Source: Lama guanicoe (taxonomy: Eukaryota). From it: a stretch of 64,000 bases of DNA. Each line of letters opens with the position of its first letter. Position 1 is the first letter of the stretch. Position numbers and translations under genes: made by a program. Positions 36,891 to 51,791 of the stretch are shown here, one piece after another. The notes below the pieces were generated by a model. It saw only the letters and a list, made by a program, of their open reading frames with translations, ran no database searches and was not told the DNA's origin. Location: positions 62,001 to 126,000 of the forward strand of contig MU053487.1 in assembly GCA_013239625.1 (NCBI GenBank), in the 5' to 3' direction.

Positions 36891-39800
36891 CGCTCCTCGC
36901 TCTGGGCGGTGTCCGTCCGCCCCTTCTTGACCTTGTTCTTTCTCACCCATTGCTGACAGAGCACGCTTTTAAATCCTGGTCCTCTCATTCTTCGTCTTAG
37001 AGATGAAAATACTTTTCTGTTCTGAGGCGGAGAACTTACCTAGAACGTCTAGCACAGTGTCTGTCATTTGAAGACGGACTCCTTTTTTGGTATATACCAT
37101 TTAAAATCTCCTTTTCTCAAGAGAGGCGTGTTTTCAGTAGCCGAGCAGAAGAGGACGTGGGGCGCCGGCTGGTCCCTTTAAAGAGGAGGAAACTGAAGCC
37201 AGGAAAGGCCAGGGCTCCTGGAAGGGATCCCTCCCTGCCGGGAGGGATACCTCCCTGCCTGGAGGAGCAGAACTCCCGCGCTGCGTTTCATCAGGGCTGG
37301 CGCTCTCCGCCGGCTCTCTTTCGTCTAGAACGTAGCACAGTTAGTTGTCGTCCTCCTTTTTGTGGGCTGCTTAGATTCTGTCTGTGATTGCTGGCTAAAC
37401 ATAGCCATAAATTGCAGTTCCTTGTCCTTTAAAGTCCTTGACTGTGGGGACCCACACGTTTTAAGAGTGGTCTGAATTCCCTGTTACTGGATAAAGAGGT
37501 TTTGAAGGTCTTAACTGAGTTTTGCAAAGAGCCACCTCAAAGCCCAATTTCTACTTTATCTAATTGAAAACGATTTTTGAAAAACATTGTCGTGAGTCTT
37601 TGGGCTGCAAGATCTGTTTTTCATATTTCCCTGAAACGGAGCCTCGTGTATGTTGCATTCACATGAGCCATAAAATAGCACAAAACCCTAAATAGGAGGA
37701 AAGTTGGGTTATTTCTATGCCTAGTTACAGTTTTATATAAAATATCAGATTTGTGAGTGCCTGTCCTGGCAATGAAAAACGGTTTTAAAATAGAACCGGG
37801 GGTAAGATTAATACATTCCCAACGCACTGAGGAATGTAGGCTGACTCATTCAAGCACTATTTTTTAGGTTAAAAATGACTTGTTTAATCCTCTCTCTTTT
37901 TTGTAGAGCTTTCGGCAAATACGTTCTGAACCAAATCTGAGAGGCATAATCAAGAGGGAAACATTTTATTTTTAAACCTGGAGAATAGTGGAAGCTCTGA
38001 TTTCTTTACTATTGATTTACGGGTGAATTTGAAACAAGTGTTACAGGGAGGAGAGGAGGAACATTTCTCTGTGACCATCAGGCCTGGGTTTCCTCCATCG
38101 TGGCATCCTCAAAGGTTAGGAAGGTCTTAGCTTCTCTTCAAAACCCTTCGTAGGTCTTGTAACAATCACTTACTTAAAAGTCAGTAAAATACCATCTGTC
38201 TTGGCAGTTCACAATCTCTTACAGGGTAGGAAAACATTTAGAATTTTATAAATAAACCAGAATCTTTACTTACTTGCTTCAACTGAAAAATCACTTAAAA
38301 AGTGATTTGGGGTAGTGATATTGTATGGTTGATGTATTTTTTTTCTTTAATGATATTTGTATTGTCAAACTCTGTTTCTGAGGAGAGGAAAAATAATTGA
38401 TGATAGACACATGTACTCCACCTGGCACCGGAAGGCTGGCCATAGTAGGCTCTGGAGACGCAGTGCTGTGTGCCATAGCAGGATTTGGGTAGATGTGGCT
38501 GTGTCATTCTGACTTGCAGGCCTCTGTCTCAGTGATTGAGGACGAATGCTGAGATGAACACGAGGACAGGGTTGTGGGGTTCAGACTGTCAGAGTGAGGT
38601 GAGGAGGTGTGGATATGTGATCTTTTGGAGAAGGGGTCATGCCCCTGGTGGGAGGCGCTCCAGCCCACCCTGGGTTTCATGCCACCAGCCTATCTTAAGT
38701 TCCTGTCATGAGCTGTGGGTTCTCTCTGGGACTGCTGTCTCCATGAAGTGCTCATCTTCCCCTCAGGCAGAGGGAAAGGTGGGCCCCAGCACTTTATCAA
38801 GTCCTTGATGACTGTTGGACTCTTGAGCAGCCAGAGCTGGCTGCCTCGCACACACACTTACCCCACCTTTGCCTGGACCTGGGTCTGTCCTCCCCATGAT
38901 TTAGGAGTGGCTGGCTTAGCAGGCGACTGGGGGCTGCTGTCTCCTAGGAACCTGTGGCAAGGTAGGTGCCCCCCTCCCCCAGCCCACTTCTCCAAAACCT
39001 GCTGGGGGTCTTCCAGAGGTTTAGCTGCCAAGATGGGACTCCATGCTCCAGCTGGCAGAACCGGGGTTAAAGTGAGTAAAATCTCCCTTTCCTCTTCAGG
39101 AAGGAGTTCCATTTTGTAAAGCTCAGGTCCTGAGTGAGAGCCCTTAAGATTCCCACTCTGTGCCCCTCTTTTGAAGGGCTCTTCTGAGAATCAGAGAATC
39201 TAATTTCACTGGCAGATGCTTTAAAAGGGCTGCATTCATACCTCCTCCCTTCCTTCCTGCAGACAGACTGGCCTTTTTCCAGCCCGACACGCAAAGCTGT
39301 CCTTAGAACTCTTTCAGAGGCAGCCCCTCTCAAGGCCACAGTCCCCCAGATAGCAGCAGTGACATCTGGGAGACTGTCCTCACCTCGCCACTTCTTCAGG
39401 GCAGACACTGTCTCCAGGTGACTGGGCTTGCACTCTGGGGCAGATCCTCACAGGCCTGTGCTACCTTTGATTCTCAGAAATCCGGTGTGTCCCAAATATC
39501 CCTTTATTTTCTCTCTCTAAACCTAATTCCAGAGTGTCCCTCTGGATTGGCTGGAGGAGCCTCTGGGCACGTGTACGGGGCCTCCCCTCCCACGGCCAGG
39601 TTGTGCTGTGATCCCAGGTGCCCATGGGGGTGGGGAACCCCTCTGGTTGATGCTTATGTGTCCACACAGGGAGGTGTCCATAACCCTCTCTGTCCGCCTC
39701 TTGAGCCCCCTCCTGGCTGCCCCAGGACACCATTCCTCCCTGAGGACCTCTGCTCTCCTGGGCTCTGCCTGCAGGTACAAAACCTGGAGGTCTGGGGCTC

Positions 39801-40554
39801 CTGCAGACCCCACAGGGGACTTGTTTCTTGCCTGGGAGCTTCCTCTTCCTCCCTCTTCTTCCCGCAGCTCCCTCTCCCACTTTGCTCCTCTTCCCACACT
39901 CGCCAAGTTCCCTCAGGAGCAGGGGCTTTTGTCAAGTTCCTGTGATCTGGCCAGACAGCCACCTCCCGTGAGGCAGTGAAACTCAGAATCAGCCAGCCAG
40001 CACCCATATGGGGAAAAGAGAGGGAAATATGACCGCCTTTTATGACAGTATGATGTAGTCATGATGTGTCCAGGTCACTGGTACTTATGAGTCCTGCCTT
40101 GTCCAGGGAGCTGTGCCACATCCCAGGAATGCAGACACTGCTGGATCCTTGGAGGATCAGAGCCTGGAAGCGTGTTAGCTCTCAGGGTGGTGCGAAAAGG
40201 GAGGAGACAGAACACAGGGTGACATAAAAGAGGCTCTTGATCCAGGTTGCTGGGAGGTAGGGGGCACTCCCTTGTATGTAGGGTACATAAAGGCAGGGGT
40301 TTTTTCCCCCACTGTTTTGTTCATTATTCCCGACCCACTTCCTTGAACAACCCCTGGCCTGTAGGAGGCTCTCAACACGTATTTGCTGAGTGAACGGATG
40401 AGAAAGTGAGGAGGTGGTGGGAGTTATCGAGAATGATGAAGGAGAGGGTCTGGGAGGGACCTGGGAAATATCAATATATCTGTCAAGGTTCTGGCAGAAA
40501 AGATGCAGTATACTCATATCGGGTAATCGGAATATTTAATAAGGAAGTTTTTTT

Positions 40555-40917
40555 TTTTATCTTGAAGTATAGTTTACAATGTTGTGTTAGTTTTGGGTGT
40601 ACAGCACAGTGATTCAGTTATATATATAAATATTTTTCAGATTCTTTTCCATTGTAGGTTATTATAAAATACTGAATATAGTTCCCTGTGCTATACAGTA
40701 GGTCCTTGTTGTTTATCTATTTTACATATAGCAGTGTGTCTGTGTTAATCCTGAAGTCTCAATTTATCCCTCCCCCCAACGCCTTTTCCCTTTGGTGACC
40801 ATGGTTTGTTTCCTATATCTATATGGAGTCTATTTCCAGTTTGTAAATAAGTTCATTTGTATCCTTTCTTTTTAGATTCTACATATAAATGATATCATGT
40901 GATATTTGTCTTTCTCC
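40555..40917 (-). mobile_element. L1 3'-end fragment (artiodactyl-type)
   Basis: ttgaagtatagtttacaatgttgtgttag...gatatcatgtgatatttgtctttctc. Confidence 0.8.
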
Positions 40918-41205
40918 GTAAGTCTTCATTTTGGATGAAATTAGGAAACATATTTTTATACACACACTATGTCTGAAGGCAGAAAGGGAACAGAGGCACT
41001 AGGGGGACTGACTCGACCAATTAGAGGCTCCTGACATCTGCACATCTGCAGAGGGCAGTTCTGATGAGGATACGTGAGGACCAGAAGAAGGGGAAGAGTC
41101 TAAGCCCTTTGAGCACATACTGTTGTCGGGGCCCGTCCCGTTCTGGGGGCGTGGGTACCAGTGGCAGGTGGGCATGGTTGAAAACACAGGGATGTGTCAG
41201 AAGTA
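40761..41205 (+). repeat. Local duplication, copy 1 (445 bp)
   Basis: Near-identical to 42599-43045 (about 12 substitutions and one 2-nt indel by eye). Confidence 0.95.
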
Positions 41206-41719
41206 AGGGGGTTATTTACAAAGGCTAGTGACAGTGGGGTGTGACCCCCCACCCCAGGCCAGAAGGGGCAAGGGAGGGAATGGAGAGATCAGGTGGAGGG
41301 GTGTGACCTTCAGTTAAGAGAGCGACTGTGCAGGGGGCAGGCCAGGACACTACACAGCCCAGCCATCGCCTCATCCCCTCCTTCAGACTCCTGGTGGGCT
41401 TCTCACTGATGAATCCACTGGAAGCCAGAGGGCAGGAGGGTCCACTGGGACAGCCCTTACAGCTCGCCCCCTGGCACAGTGCAGGGCAGAGACGGTGGAG
41501 TGTGGCTGGGACAGGCACTCTGCTCACCTACAGAGGATGAGCACTCGTCCAGAGTGGCTGGACCAGGTCCTGCTGGGCCTTGGAAGTCACTGAACCCTTA
41601 GCTGAAAACGTTGTGTAGAAGCACACAGTTGCTGAAGGACTGAACAGGCTGTTCATTTTTTGCAGAAATCTCGTTGACCACCCATTGAGTAGCTCTTATC
41701 TTTCTCCTTTGTACTTTAG

Positions 41720-41914
<195 letters not shown>

Positions 41915-42209
41915 TGAAGAAGGGTGTCTCAACGAACAGCTGTTGACATCTTAGAACCTCTGGTGATTTTTGATGGTATTTGATGAATATTATGACAATA
42001 GGAATGATTGCCTTTTTAGCACAAAGTTGATCCATTTAAAAATGAGAGTTTACTTTCCATGTTGCCTTTAAAGCCACTTTTCCTTCAAATGCCACATTTT
42101 AGAAGTATGGTCATTTGATCATTCAGTTTTAAGCTGGTGGAATTAAGACATGCATTGAAAATCATCTGAAAATGACCAAGAACAGAAGAAACAGAAATAT
42201 GTCTTCATT

Positions 42210-42354
42210 TCTTTTTTTCTTTTAAAAAGAATTTTTTTGGAGGCAGGAGGTAATTTGGTTTATTTATTTGTGTTTGGAGGAGGTACTGGGGATTGAGCCC
42301 AGGACCTCGTGAGTGCTAAGCATGTGCTCTACCACTTGAGCTATAGCCTCCCCC
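42210..42354 (-). mobile_element. tRNA-derived SINE (Vic-1-like)
   Basis: ggtactggggattgagcccaggacctc...ttgagctatagcctccccc. Confidence 0.85.
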
Positions 42355-42374
42355 ACCATTTCTTCTTTTTTAAA

Positions 42375-42755
42375 TTTCTTTTTATTGAAGTATAGTTGGT
42401 TCACAGTGTTGTGTTAGTTTCAGGTGTACAGCACAGTGATTCAGTTATACATGTACCTACATATATATTCTTTTTCTGATCCTTTCCCATTGTAGGTTAT
42501 TACAAGTTACTGAATATAGTTCCCTGTGCTCTACAGTAGGTCCTTGTTGTTTATCTATTTTATATATAGTAGTGTGTATCTGTTAATCCCAAACTCCTAA
42601 TTTATCCCTCCCCCCAACGCCTTTTCCCTTTGGTGACCATGGTTTGTTTTCTGTATCTATACTGAGTCTATTTCCAGTTTGTAAATAAGTTCATTTGTAT
42701 CCTTTCTTTTTAGATTCTACATATAAATGATATCATGTGATATTTGTCTTTCTCC
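42375..42755 (-). mobile_element. L1 3'-end fragment (artiodactyl-type)
   Basis: tttattgaagtatagttggttcacagtgttgtgttag...gatatttgtctttctc. Confidence 0.8.
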
Positions 42756-43045
42756 GTAAGTCTTCATTTTGGATGAAATTAGGAAACCTATATTTTTATA
42801 CACACACTATGTCTGAAGGCAGAAAGGGAACAGAGGCACTAGGGGGACTGACTCGACCGATTAGAGGCTCCTGACATCTGCACATCTGCAGAGGGCAGTT
42901 CTGATGAGGATACGTGAGGACCAGAAGAAGGGGAAGAGTCTAAGCCCTTTGAGCACGTACTGTTGTTGGGGCCCGTCATGCTCTGGGGGCGTGGGTACCA
43001 GTGGCGGGTGGACATGGTTGAAAACACAGGGATGTGTCAGAAGTA
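42599..43045 (+). repeat. Local duplication, copy 2 (447 bp)
   Basis: Near-identical to 40761-41205; both end at gatgtgtcagaagta. Confidence 0.95.
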
Positions 43046-44627
43046 CCCGTGGGAGAGGTTAGATCCCAAGGTCTGGCTCAGGGTTTCCTCTAGTGAAACC
43101 AGACTGCAAGCTCACTTTTTCCACAGGTGGTGACCCTCAGACGGAGTGGGCAGTCTCTTTCCTGGGGCCTTCAGTTTTCCAGGGAAGGATGCTCCAGCCC
43201 TCTGCAGGGCTGCTGGGGTGTCCATGCTTGTCTGCTGGTGTCTGAGAGCCAGTCTGGGGAGAGCGATGGGGCCTCACAGCTGAGTCGGAGACCTCACCTG
43301 CTTCCTGGCTTTCCGCCCACCCTCGACCCAGCTCTGCTCTGCCTCGTCCCTGGCCCCTCAGCCTTCAAGGGTAGAGTCTTTAGAATAGCTCACCAGTCCC
43401 TGGCGAGGAGAGGATTTGGGAGATGTGATCCGTCCAGTGAGCAGGTGGGCACTGCGGGGAACCGAGGGCTCCCACAGCCCTGCTCAGCCCCTCAGCCCTG
43501 CTTTCTGTCCTGCGCCTCGTGCCAGCCTCCGTGGTCCCCGGTGCCTGCAGGTGCCTACAGGTGTGTGGCTCACCTCCCTCCTCTGTGATAATCCCTCTTT
43601 CTGTCTTCCCTAAAGTTGTTGAAATCTCTTGTCTGCTGCTTGCTCCTTTCCCATTCTCCCGTAAAGAGGACTGAAGCCTTTGTACTGCCTTCCCTGCCTT
43701 TATTCATCAGGTTTGGGGAGCAGTGTGCACGTGGGCCGTGCCTTGTGCTTCACTGCAGACAGCTGGGCCCGCCTGCCCTCCTTGGAGTCCTGCCGGGCGT
43801 GGCGGGCTGTCCCCCGGCCCGCGTGCCCAGGGCCCCCTCTCCGCACGGCTTCCTTGCGCCGCTGCCTCCCCGCTGCTTCCGCAGAGCCAGTGGCCTGCAG
43901 TTGCTGCTCCCTTATCCCGTCTCCGGGTGAGGCCCCTGACTGTTTCCCAGGGTGCCACCTGCCCGGGAGGTGTAAGGAGATCCACCCTCTTTACCTGAGG
44001 CCTTAAATTTGGTGAAAATTCCAGGTCCAAGGGGTAGCCCTCCAAGACCCCAAATCCAGAGCAGCTGGAAACAAAACTCCGCATGGAGAGCCTCATGCTT
44101 ATTTCAAGACCTGTCCTGTCTCCTCCAAGTTAGCAGGCATTTGCATGTGTCCAAGATCCCTACTGATTTCTTGTGAGACCAAGCTGCTTCCTCAGCCCGA
44201 GTTATTCCTTTTACCTGGTCTAGTCGACAATTAGCAGGAATTCCTGGAAGTTTCCTGAGTCTGGCACGTGGCCACCTGCCCCGGGATGCACGGTACTCCT
44301 GGTTTCTGCTTCGCTGTTAGGGGGTGGGTGTCCAGACCTGCTCGTAAGCTTGCACCTTTTTCTTGACCTGATTTTTAAAAATCCCCCTTATGAAGTATGC
44401 TTTATTTAAAACCTGTTTACCAATTTTAAGTGTGTAATTCAGTGAGTTTTGACAAATACAGCAGGCAGTCATGTAACTACCCCTATATTCATGACTTAGA
44501 AAACATTCTCCTTCGCTAGAAAGTTCCCTCATACAGTCGAGCCTTTGCCCCAGCCCCAGCCCCTGGCACCCACTGCTCCAATTTGTCACGATGGTTTTCT
44601 CTTTTCCTCGATTCAAGCTTGATTTTA

Positions 44628-44757
44628 GGGGGAGGGTAGAGCTCTGTGGTAGAGTGTATCCCTAGCATGCACGAGGTCCTGGGTTCAATTCCCATTACCT
44701 CTGTTTAAAAAAAATTTTAAAAAAACAAGTAAAGAAACCTAAAATCACCTCCCCCCA
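44628..44757 (+). mobile_element. tRNA-derived SINE (Vic-1-like)
   Basis: gggggagggtagagctctgtggtagag...gggttcaattccc. Confidence 0.85.
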
Positions 44758-44789
44758 TTAACCTTGGTTTTATTATCAAGGGCTTGCTA

Positions 44790-44896
44790 CTTTTTAATTT
44801 TTTTTCAGGGGGTAGGTAATTAGGTTTATCTATTTATTACTTCTGGGGATTGAACCCGGGACCTCGTGTGTGCCAGGCTGAGCTATACCCTCCCCC
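44790..44896 (-). mobile_element. tRNA-derived SINE (Vic-1-like, internally deleted), inverted relative to 44628-44757
   Basis: ggtaattaggtttat...ggggattgaacccgggacctc...gagctataccctccccc. Confidence 0.8.
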
Positions 44897-45047
44897 TACT
44901 TTTTGAATTCGGTGAAGCGAGGAGTGTACCCCTGTGAACAGGGCAGAAAAATCTAGACGTGAAGAAGTCACCGACTGGCTTCCTGTTGAATTAAGGGTGA
45001 GCCTGGTTTCTGCAGAACTAATGGGAGTGGAGCTCCACGAGGTCTGA

Positions 45048-45347
<300 letters not shown>

Positions 45348-47139
45348 TGAGTGGCTTTTGAGGGACTTTTGAGCTTCAGTATGAATGGGTAACCAGGGTG
45401 GCTGAGACCTGCCTTGATCAGCCTCTGACTTGGCAGGGGCTTCTGGAGAAACAGTGGGTGTGGCGTTCAGGCACAGACCTGCAGAAGAGATCCGCCTCGT
45501 CAGCCCTGCTTGATCACAGATGCCCACAGGCTTTTGGAGAAATAAAAATGGGCCCCTAAGCAATGCATGCCTCACATTACTGAGATAATTTGATTGCGGC
45601 AACTTTCCAGCACATGTAAAGTTAGAAGGACACCTGGGGGTCCTCTCATTCCCACCCACATCACAAAGCAAATCCCAGTGTTGTATCACTTCATCTGTGG
45701 CGGTTCAGTTGTGGTACCTCTAAAAGATAAGGACTCTTTTTTTTTTTCCCTCCAACATAACCACCAAACTATTACACCTAAAAGAATTTTAACAATAGTT
45801 CCTTGATCTCTTTATCAAGTATCCAGTGTCCCATTTGTCTCAGAAATGTCATAAACGTGTGCGTGTGCTGTAATTTACTATTTGTTCGTTTGAATCAGGT
45901 TCAAAGGAAGGTCCACATATTGCACTTGGTTATCTTTTTAAGGTTTTATTTTTAACAAAAATGTGACTGTTTTAAGCATCTGTAAGTGTACAGTTCAGTG
46001 GCACTAAGTACATTCACATCACTGTGCAGCCATCGCCACCATCCATCTTCAGAACTTTCTCATCTTCCCAAACTGAAACTCTGACCCTGTTAAACACCAG
46101 CAGCTCACTCCCCTCCCCCCCACCCCTGCCTGGCACCCACCGTTCTCCTTTCTGTCTCTCTGATTTTGACTCCTCTGGCTGCCTCATACAAGCAGAATCA
46201 TACAGGATTGGTCTTTTCTTTCTTTAAATTTGAAGTATAGTCGGTTTACAATGTTGTGTTAATTTCTGGTGCACAGCATAGTGATTCAGTGATACATAAA
46301 CATACATATATTCCTTTTCATACTCTTTTCCATTATAGTTGAATGTAGTTCCCTGTGCTCTACAGTAGGACCTTAGTATTGGTCTTTTTGTGACTGGCTT
46401 ATTTCATTTAGCATAATATCCTCAAGTTCCATCCCTATTATAGCAAATTGCTTGTCTTTTCAATCTCTTTTAGTCTATAGGTTCTTCTGCCATGTCTTTT
46501 TCCCCCTCACTATTGAAGAAACTGCTGTTTATCCTATAGAGGGTCCCAGGGCCTGGATTTTGCTGACCGTATCCCCTAGTCTTCTGCCTTCTGTATTTCT
46601 TATGACTTGGTAGTTGGGTGTAGAAGCTTGATCCGACTCAGGTTTGATTCTTTTTTTGTTGCGGGGGAGCAGGACTACTTCCTAGCTGGTGCTGGGTTCT
46701 CCTATCAGGAGGCGAGAATGTCTGGCTGCCTGTCTCTGTGGTGCTGGCAGCTGCCAGTGCTCATGCCTGGACCTCACACCACATGCCTTGGCCAGTGCTC
46801 CTGCAGCCTCCCTTCACGCTCTGGTGTCAGGAGTTCTGGTACTCACAATAGAGGGAAGCCGGCCACAGGCTGCTTGCTTGGAGCTGCCGTATTTCAGCTG
46901 TAGATTAAAAAAATATTTATTAGCAAAGGTAACATTAGGTAAGCTCTGACTAGAGACCAGGCTTTGTTCTGTGTTCTTTTTGTGTATTATCTCAGTTTTC
47001 TAACCCTATGAGAAAGGTGCTGGCATTCTCCCATTTTACAGCTGAGAAAGCTGAGGCATAGTGAGTTAAGGCTTGTCCTTTGTGTCCTTGGGGGAAGAGC
47101 TGGTATTTGAACCCAGGTGTTCTGACTCCAGTCCTACCT

Positions 47140-47225
47140 CTTTTTTTTCAATGGAGGTACTGGGGGTTGAACCCAGAACCTCATGCATGCTAAGCAGGCA
47201 CTCTACCCCTGAGCTATACCCTCCC
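47140..47225 (-). mobile_element. tRNA-derived SINE within a MIR remnant
   Basis: ggaggtactgggggttgaacccagaacctc...gagctataccctcccc; MIR core at ~47030-47130. Confidence 0.82.
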
Positions 47226-47460
47226 CTGCCACCCAGCCTCACCTCTTAATTCCAATGAAATGGTGTCTCACCTGCGCGGGGGTACATTGTACTTAATCTC
47301 AAACTTTATTTCTGAGAGTTAATGTATGCACATAGTATAGGATGTGAAAGACATAAAGGAATAGACTGTGAAAAATACGTCTCCTTCTGTGTCAGTCAGA
47401 GTCCTGACCAGAGATAGACGGTGCACATCCATCGAGGTAGCTCAAGCAGGAGTTATTTAC

Positions 47461-47536
47461 AGGGAAAGGATAGCTCAGGGGGAGAGTGTGTGCTTAGCAT
47501 GCACAAGATCCTGGGTTCAATCCCCAGTACCTCCTC

Positions 47537-47585
<49 letters not shown>

Positions 47586-47612
47586 ACCTAACCTCCCACC
47601 CCCAATAAAAGA
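47461..47612 (+). mobile_element. tRNA-derived SINE with (TAAA)n tail
   Basis: TSD aggagttattta at 47448-47459 and 47613-47624. Confidence 0.88.
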
Positions 47613-48420
47613 AGGAGTTATTTATAGAAGTGTGGGTGGAGGGTGACACCAGTGCTGCTGGCTGAGCTGTTATCTCCCAGGCTGAGGGGAGGAAGGAGAA
47701 ACAGCCAGGCGGAAGGTGTCTCCCAAAGGCTGCACCCTGGGAGAGGCAGTGGCCTTCAGCTGGGGGAGGCACCAGCCCAAGACGACCACGCAGTGGGGGA
47801 TCCAGGCAGTACCTCACCAACCTCGTACCTGCATATATTTAAGTTTGAATTGCAAATAGCGACAGGAATTTATCAGTCACATATCCACATTTGAGCTCCT
47901 GTCACTATTTACAGTCCAAACTGAGCAAACTTAAAATTGCAGGATATTTCTTAGATTCTTTGACTTTTTATTTGTATACTTTTTTTATGCAGTGAAAATC
48001 TGACTCCTCAAACACATAGCATATTTCCTTATGTGCTTTTCTTACCTTACCTAAAACGGTTTCAAGCATATCACACCAACACAAATGCTAACAATACTTC
48101 TGAGGGATGTTTAGGATGTCTTTGTACGTCTGTAGTCCTTCCCTCTGTGCCATCCAGCATGGCAGGGAACCATCGGCCAGTCATGGCTAGTGAGCACTTG
48201 AGTGACACTGGTCCAGACTGAGATGTGCTGTGAGTGTAATGTAGACACTGGACTGTGTAGACTTAATACAAAAAAAGAATAATGGATATCCTACATCTCA
48301 TTGGCTCAGCTGGTCCTACGGCCCCAACCTAACTGCAAAGGAGGCTGGGAAATGTAGTCTTTGACATCTTTCTCTGTTACTCTATTCCCACCCACCTACT
48401 CTCTTTTAAAGGCTGTATAA

Positions 48421-48556
48421 GGGGGGAGGGTATAGCTCAAGTGGTAGAGCACATGCTTAGCATGCACGAGGTCGTGGGTTCAATCCCCAGTACCTCCACT
48501 GAAAAACCAAATAAATAAACCTAATTACCCACCCTGCAAATAAGAAAAGGAAAAAT
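48421..48556 (+). mobile_element. tRNA-derived SINE (Vic-1-like)
   Basis: ggggggagggtatagctcaagtggtagagc...; TSD ttaaaggctgt. Confidence 0.88.
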
Positions 48557-49138
48557 TAAAGGCTGTGTGGATTCTCTTGTTCACATGTACCATCATTTAT
48601 TAATCACCATCCTAGTGATGGAAACTTAGGTTACTTCCAAGCTTGTTTGCTATGTGTCCCTAGGTCTAAAGAAAATTTTCCCACAAGTAGACGACTGAGT
48701 CAGACGACATGTGTGTTTTAACCTTGGAAAAATTTTGCCAAGTTGCTCTTCAAAAAATTTGTTCCCATTTTTTCCTACCATCAGAATCAGAGTTTGAGTC
48801 CCTCCATTCTTTCCTTCACACTGGGTGTTGTCAGATTTTTAACAGTTTACATTACTTTAGATTATATTTCTTAATTACAAAGCCTTTTCTCATAATGTTT
48901 TATTAGCCACTTTTATAATTTCTGTTAACATCCTTCTGGCTTTTTTTTTTTTAGCAGGCATTTGTCTTTTTCTTATTGATTTTAGGAAATTTTGTATATG
49001 AAAGGCTTTAGCCCTTCATCATAAGCATTGCAAATATTTTACTTTCGTCATTTTATCATCTATCATTATCATTTGTCATTTTTACCTTTTACCTTTATTG
49101 TTTAGGGGCAGGACAGAAGTGGTATTAAGAAAGTAATG

Positions 49139-49430
49139 AACAATCTTATGCTTACCAGGGAAAGGAGGTGAGAAGGGATAAATTTGGCAGTTTGAGATTT
49201 GCAAATGTTAGCTACTATATATAAAAATAGATTAGAAGAAAAAAACAAGTTTCTTCTGTATAGTGCAAGGAATTATATTCAATATCTTATAATAACCTTT
49301 AAAGAAAAAGAATATGAAAATGAATACATGTATGTATATACATGACTAGGACATGATGTTGTACACCAGAAACTGACACATTATAACTGACTATACTTAA
49401 ATTAAAAAAAAAAAAAGAATGGATGAAAAA
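49139..49430 (+). mobile_element. 5'-truncated L1 3' end (lineage-specific), sense to CRTAP
   Basis: TSD aagaaa(g/a)taatg at 49127-49138 and 49431-49442; poly(A) tail; same subfamily text as 1959-2139. Confidence 0.85.
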
Positions 49431-49457
49431 AAGAAAATAATGGTTGCACTACTCTGA

Positions 49458-49613
<156 letters not shown>

Positions 49614-50432
49614 TAATCATCCAGGAGGTCTGGGTAAGGCACCTGATCCTTCTAAGCCTCAGCTTCCACATCTGTAAAGTGGGGATAATAGTCCCAAACT
49701 CATAAGATTGTCGTGAGGATTAAATGCACTGATAGCTGTGGAATGCTTAGGGAATTCACACACTAGCACAAGGCAGACTATATAAGTGTTGTTGTTTTTA
49801 TCATTCTTTTCTTTCCTCCACCTCATCAGCCTTACTTCTCAGACTGTTAAAAGAGTTTCACTGCACTCGGTCCTCCCCTGGCCTGACATTGGAGTTTATG
49901 TCAGAACCTTCCAGGTGGACAGTGGGGAACACGCGTGAGAGAGGAAGGAGTTCAGAGTTCAGACTTCACGGCTGGTCTCTTCTGGCTTCCCTCCTCTCCC
50001 TGTAACCTTGGGGCTGGAACAGCGCATACCTTGGTGGTTCAGTGACCAGCATGGGAGGTTACGAGGGTCAGTTGCAGCAGGAACGACACTGCCCTACTGG
50101 TGAAAAATACCTGGGCCCACCGGCAGGTGCCTGGCTGGCTTCCCCTTGGCTGCTCTGCAAAGTCAGGCCAGTGCTGGGGATTCAGGGATGTCCTGGGAGG
50201 AGTGACATGTGAGCTTGGCTTCCACAGCCCTCCTTCCCTGCTGTGGCCACTCTGTTCTTTGTTGGGGCCCTTCTGTCCACAGCAGTCCCCTACCCACCTA
50301 CCTCTTAATCCCACCTGCTGTCCTTTTCAGGACACTGAAAATCTTGCCTGGTGAAGGTTAAAAAAGGGAAAAAAATTGTTTTCTTTCTCTCTCTCTCTCT
50401 TTTTAAATTTTTTTTTAAATTAAAAACTTTGA

Positions 50433-50552
50433 AGGGAGGTTTAGCTCAGTGGTAGAGTGCATGATGCTTAGCGTTCTCAGGTCGTGGGTTCAATCCCCAG
50501 TACCTCCATTAAACAAACAAACAAACCTATTTACCCCTATACACACCAAAAA
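50433..50552 (+). mobile_element. tRNA-derived SINE (Vic-1-like)
   Basis: tagctcagtggtagagtgcatg...gggttcaatccccagtacctcc. Confidence 0.82.
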
Positions 50553-51791
50553 AATTTTATTTTTAATTTTTGTTGCTACTCAAGATTGCTCCTGAGAAGT
50601 TTCTCTGAAACTGTCATTCACACCAGGTCTTCCTGAGGAAGGTAACTGGGCTCTCTCTGCAGTGAACCTGATTTCAGGACAGCCTAAATCTCATTTAAGG
50701 ATGCAGTGGAAGGTCCTGAATTCAATGTCCCTGGGTTGGGACGTTTCTGAGATCAACAGGAGGGCGAAGTGGCTTTTTAACAGATGTCCCCTTTCATGGA
50801 GGGAGGGGTGAGTTTTTATTTGCCACGGTCCCTGTGGCACCAGCAGTCTGGTAAAGGATTATTTAGCACAGAGGATGAGAGCCTAGTTCTGTGTGGTATG
50901 ACAGCATTTCACTCACAGTAAGTCCCCAGCAAATATTTACTGATTGCCTTCTAGCATGGAAGGGGCAGTTTTCTACTAGGCTGTGGTTTTACTTATGAAG
51001 AGCCCTCTCTTTAAAATATCAGTGATTGATTGGTGCTCTCTTTCTAAAGGGCTTGTAGTACAGGCTTGTTGCTGTGAACCAAACATCTTGGAGAAACACG
51101 AAGAAACATCGAAAGCAAACCACCCCTTCACACCCTCCACCTCTCCTCCCCCAGCCCCAGTGTTAATTGTTGCCTTATATTCATCTGCACTTGGAAGAGC
51201 CTTATTTTCATGAGAATTATTAAAAATTACATACTTTTTTTGAAACGTGTAGAAATTGAAAAACAGACATTAGGATGTCTAATGAGCTCTAGTGTGCCCA
51301 TCCCCCAGCCTCAACTTTTATCAACACTTTGCCGATCTTGGGTTCGCAGTTTATAGATTTTCTGTTGGCTAAAGACATAGTTTTTGTTTCATTTTCATGA
51401 GAAGCCGTGCTAGCACGTCCCTGAGCTAGCCTCATGATAGACTCTGAAGCTTGGGTCTCCCAACCTCTGGGCAGGCTTGTTTCGGTGGGTGCGCCTGGGA
51501 ACACCGGAGTTCAGAAGTATTTCAGACGCTTCCAGACTCTGGCAACTCACTAGTCAATCCTTTGAAATCCCTCACTTGCTCTGAAAATCACTCTGCATAT
51601 CAGAAACGTTGGCAAAGCCTTTTAAACACCTGAAAAAACAAACTTCTAGCTTTTCCTGCTCCCCCGCCCCACCCCCAGGAAATCTTTGCTTTCTGGATTA
51701 CAGGCAAAGAGTATGAGTAAAATTTACTTTTTCAAAGGCTACCCTGTTTTGAATTCTTTCTAAATTACCTACCCTAGGGCATTTCTTGAGG

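Noticed and set aside
50088..50102. Additional CTCF-like strings (also ~9482, ~30823, ~38643)
   Set aside because: Each needs an indel in the core to fit the consensus.
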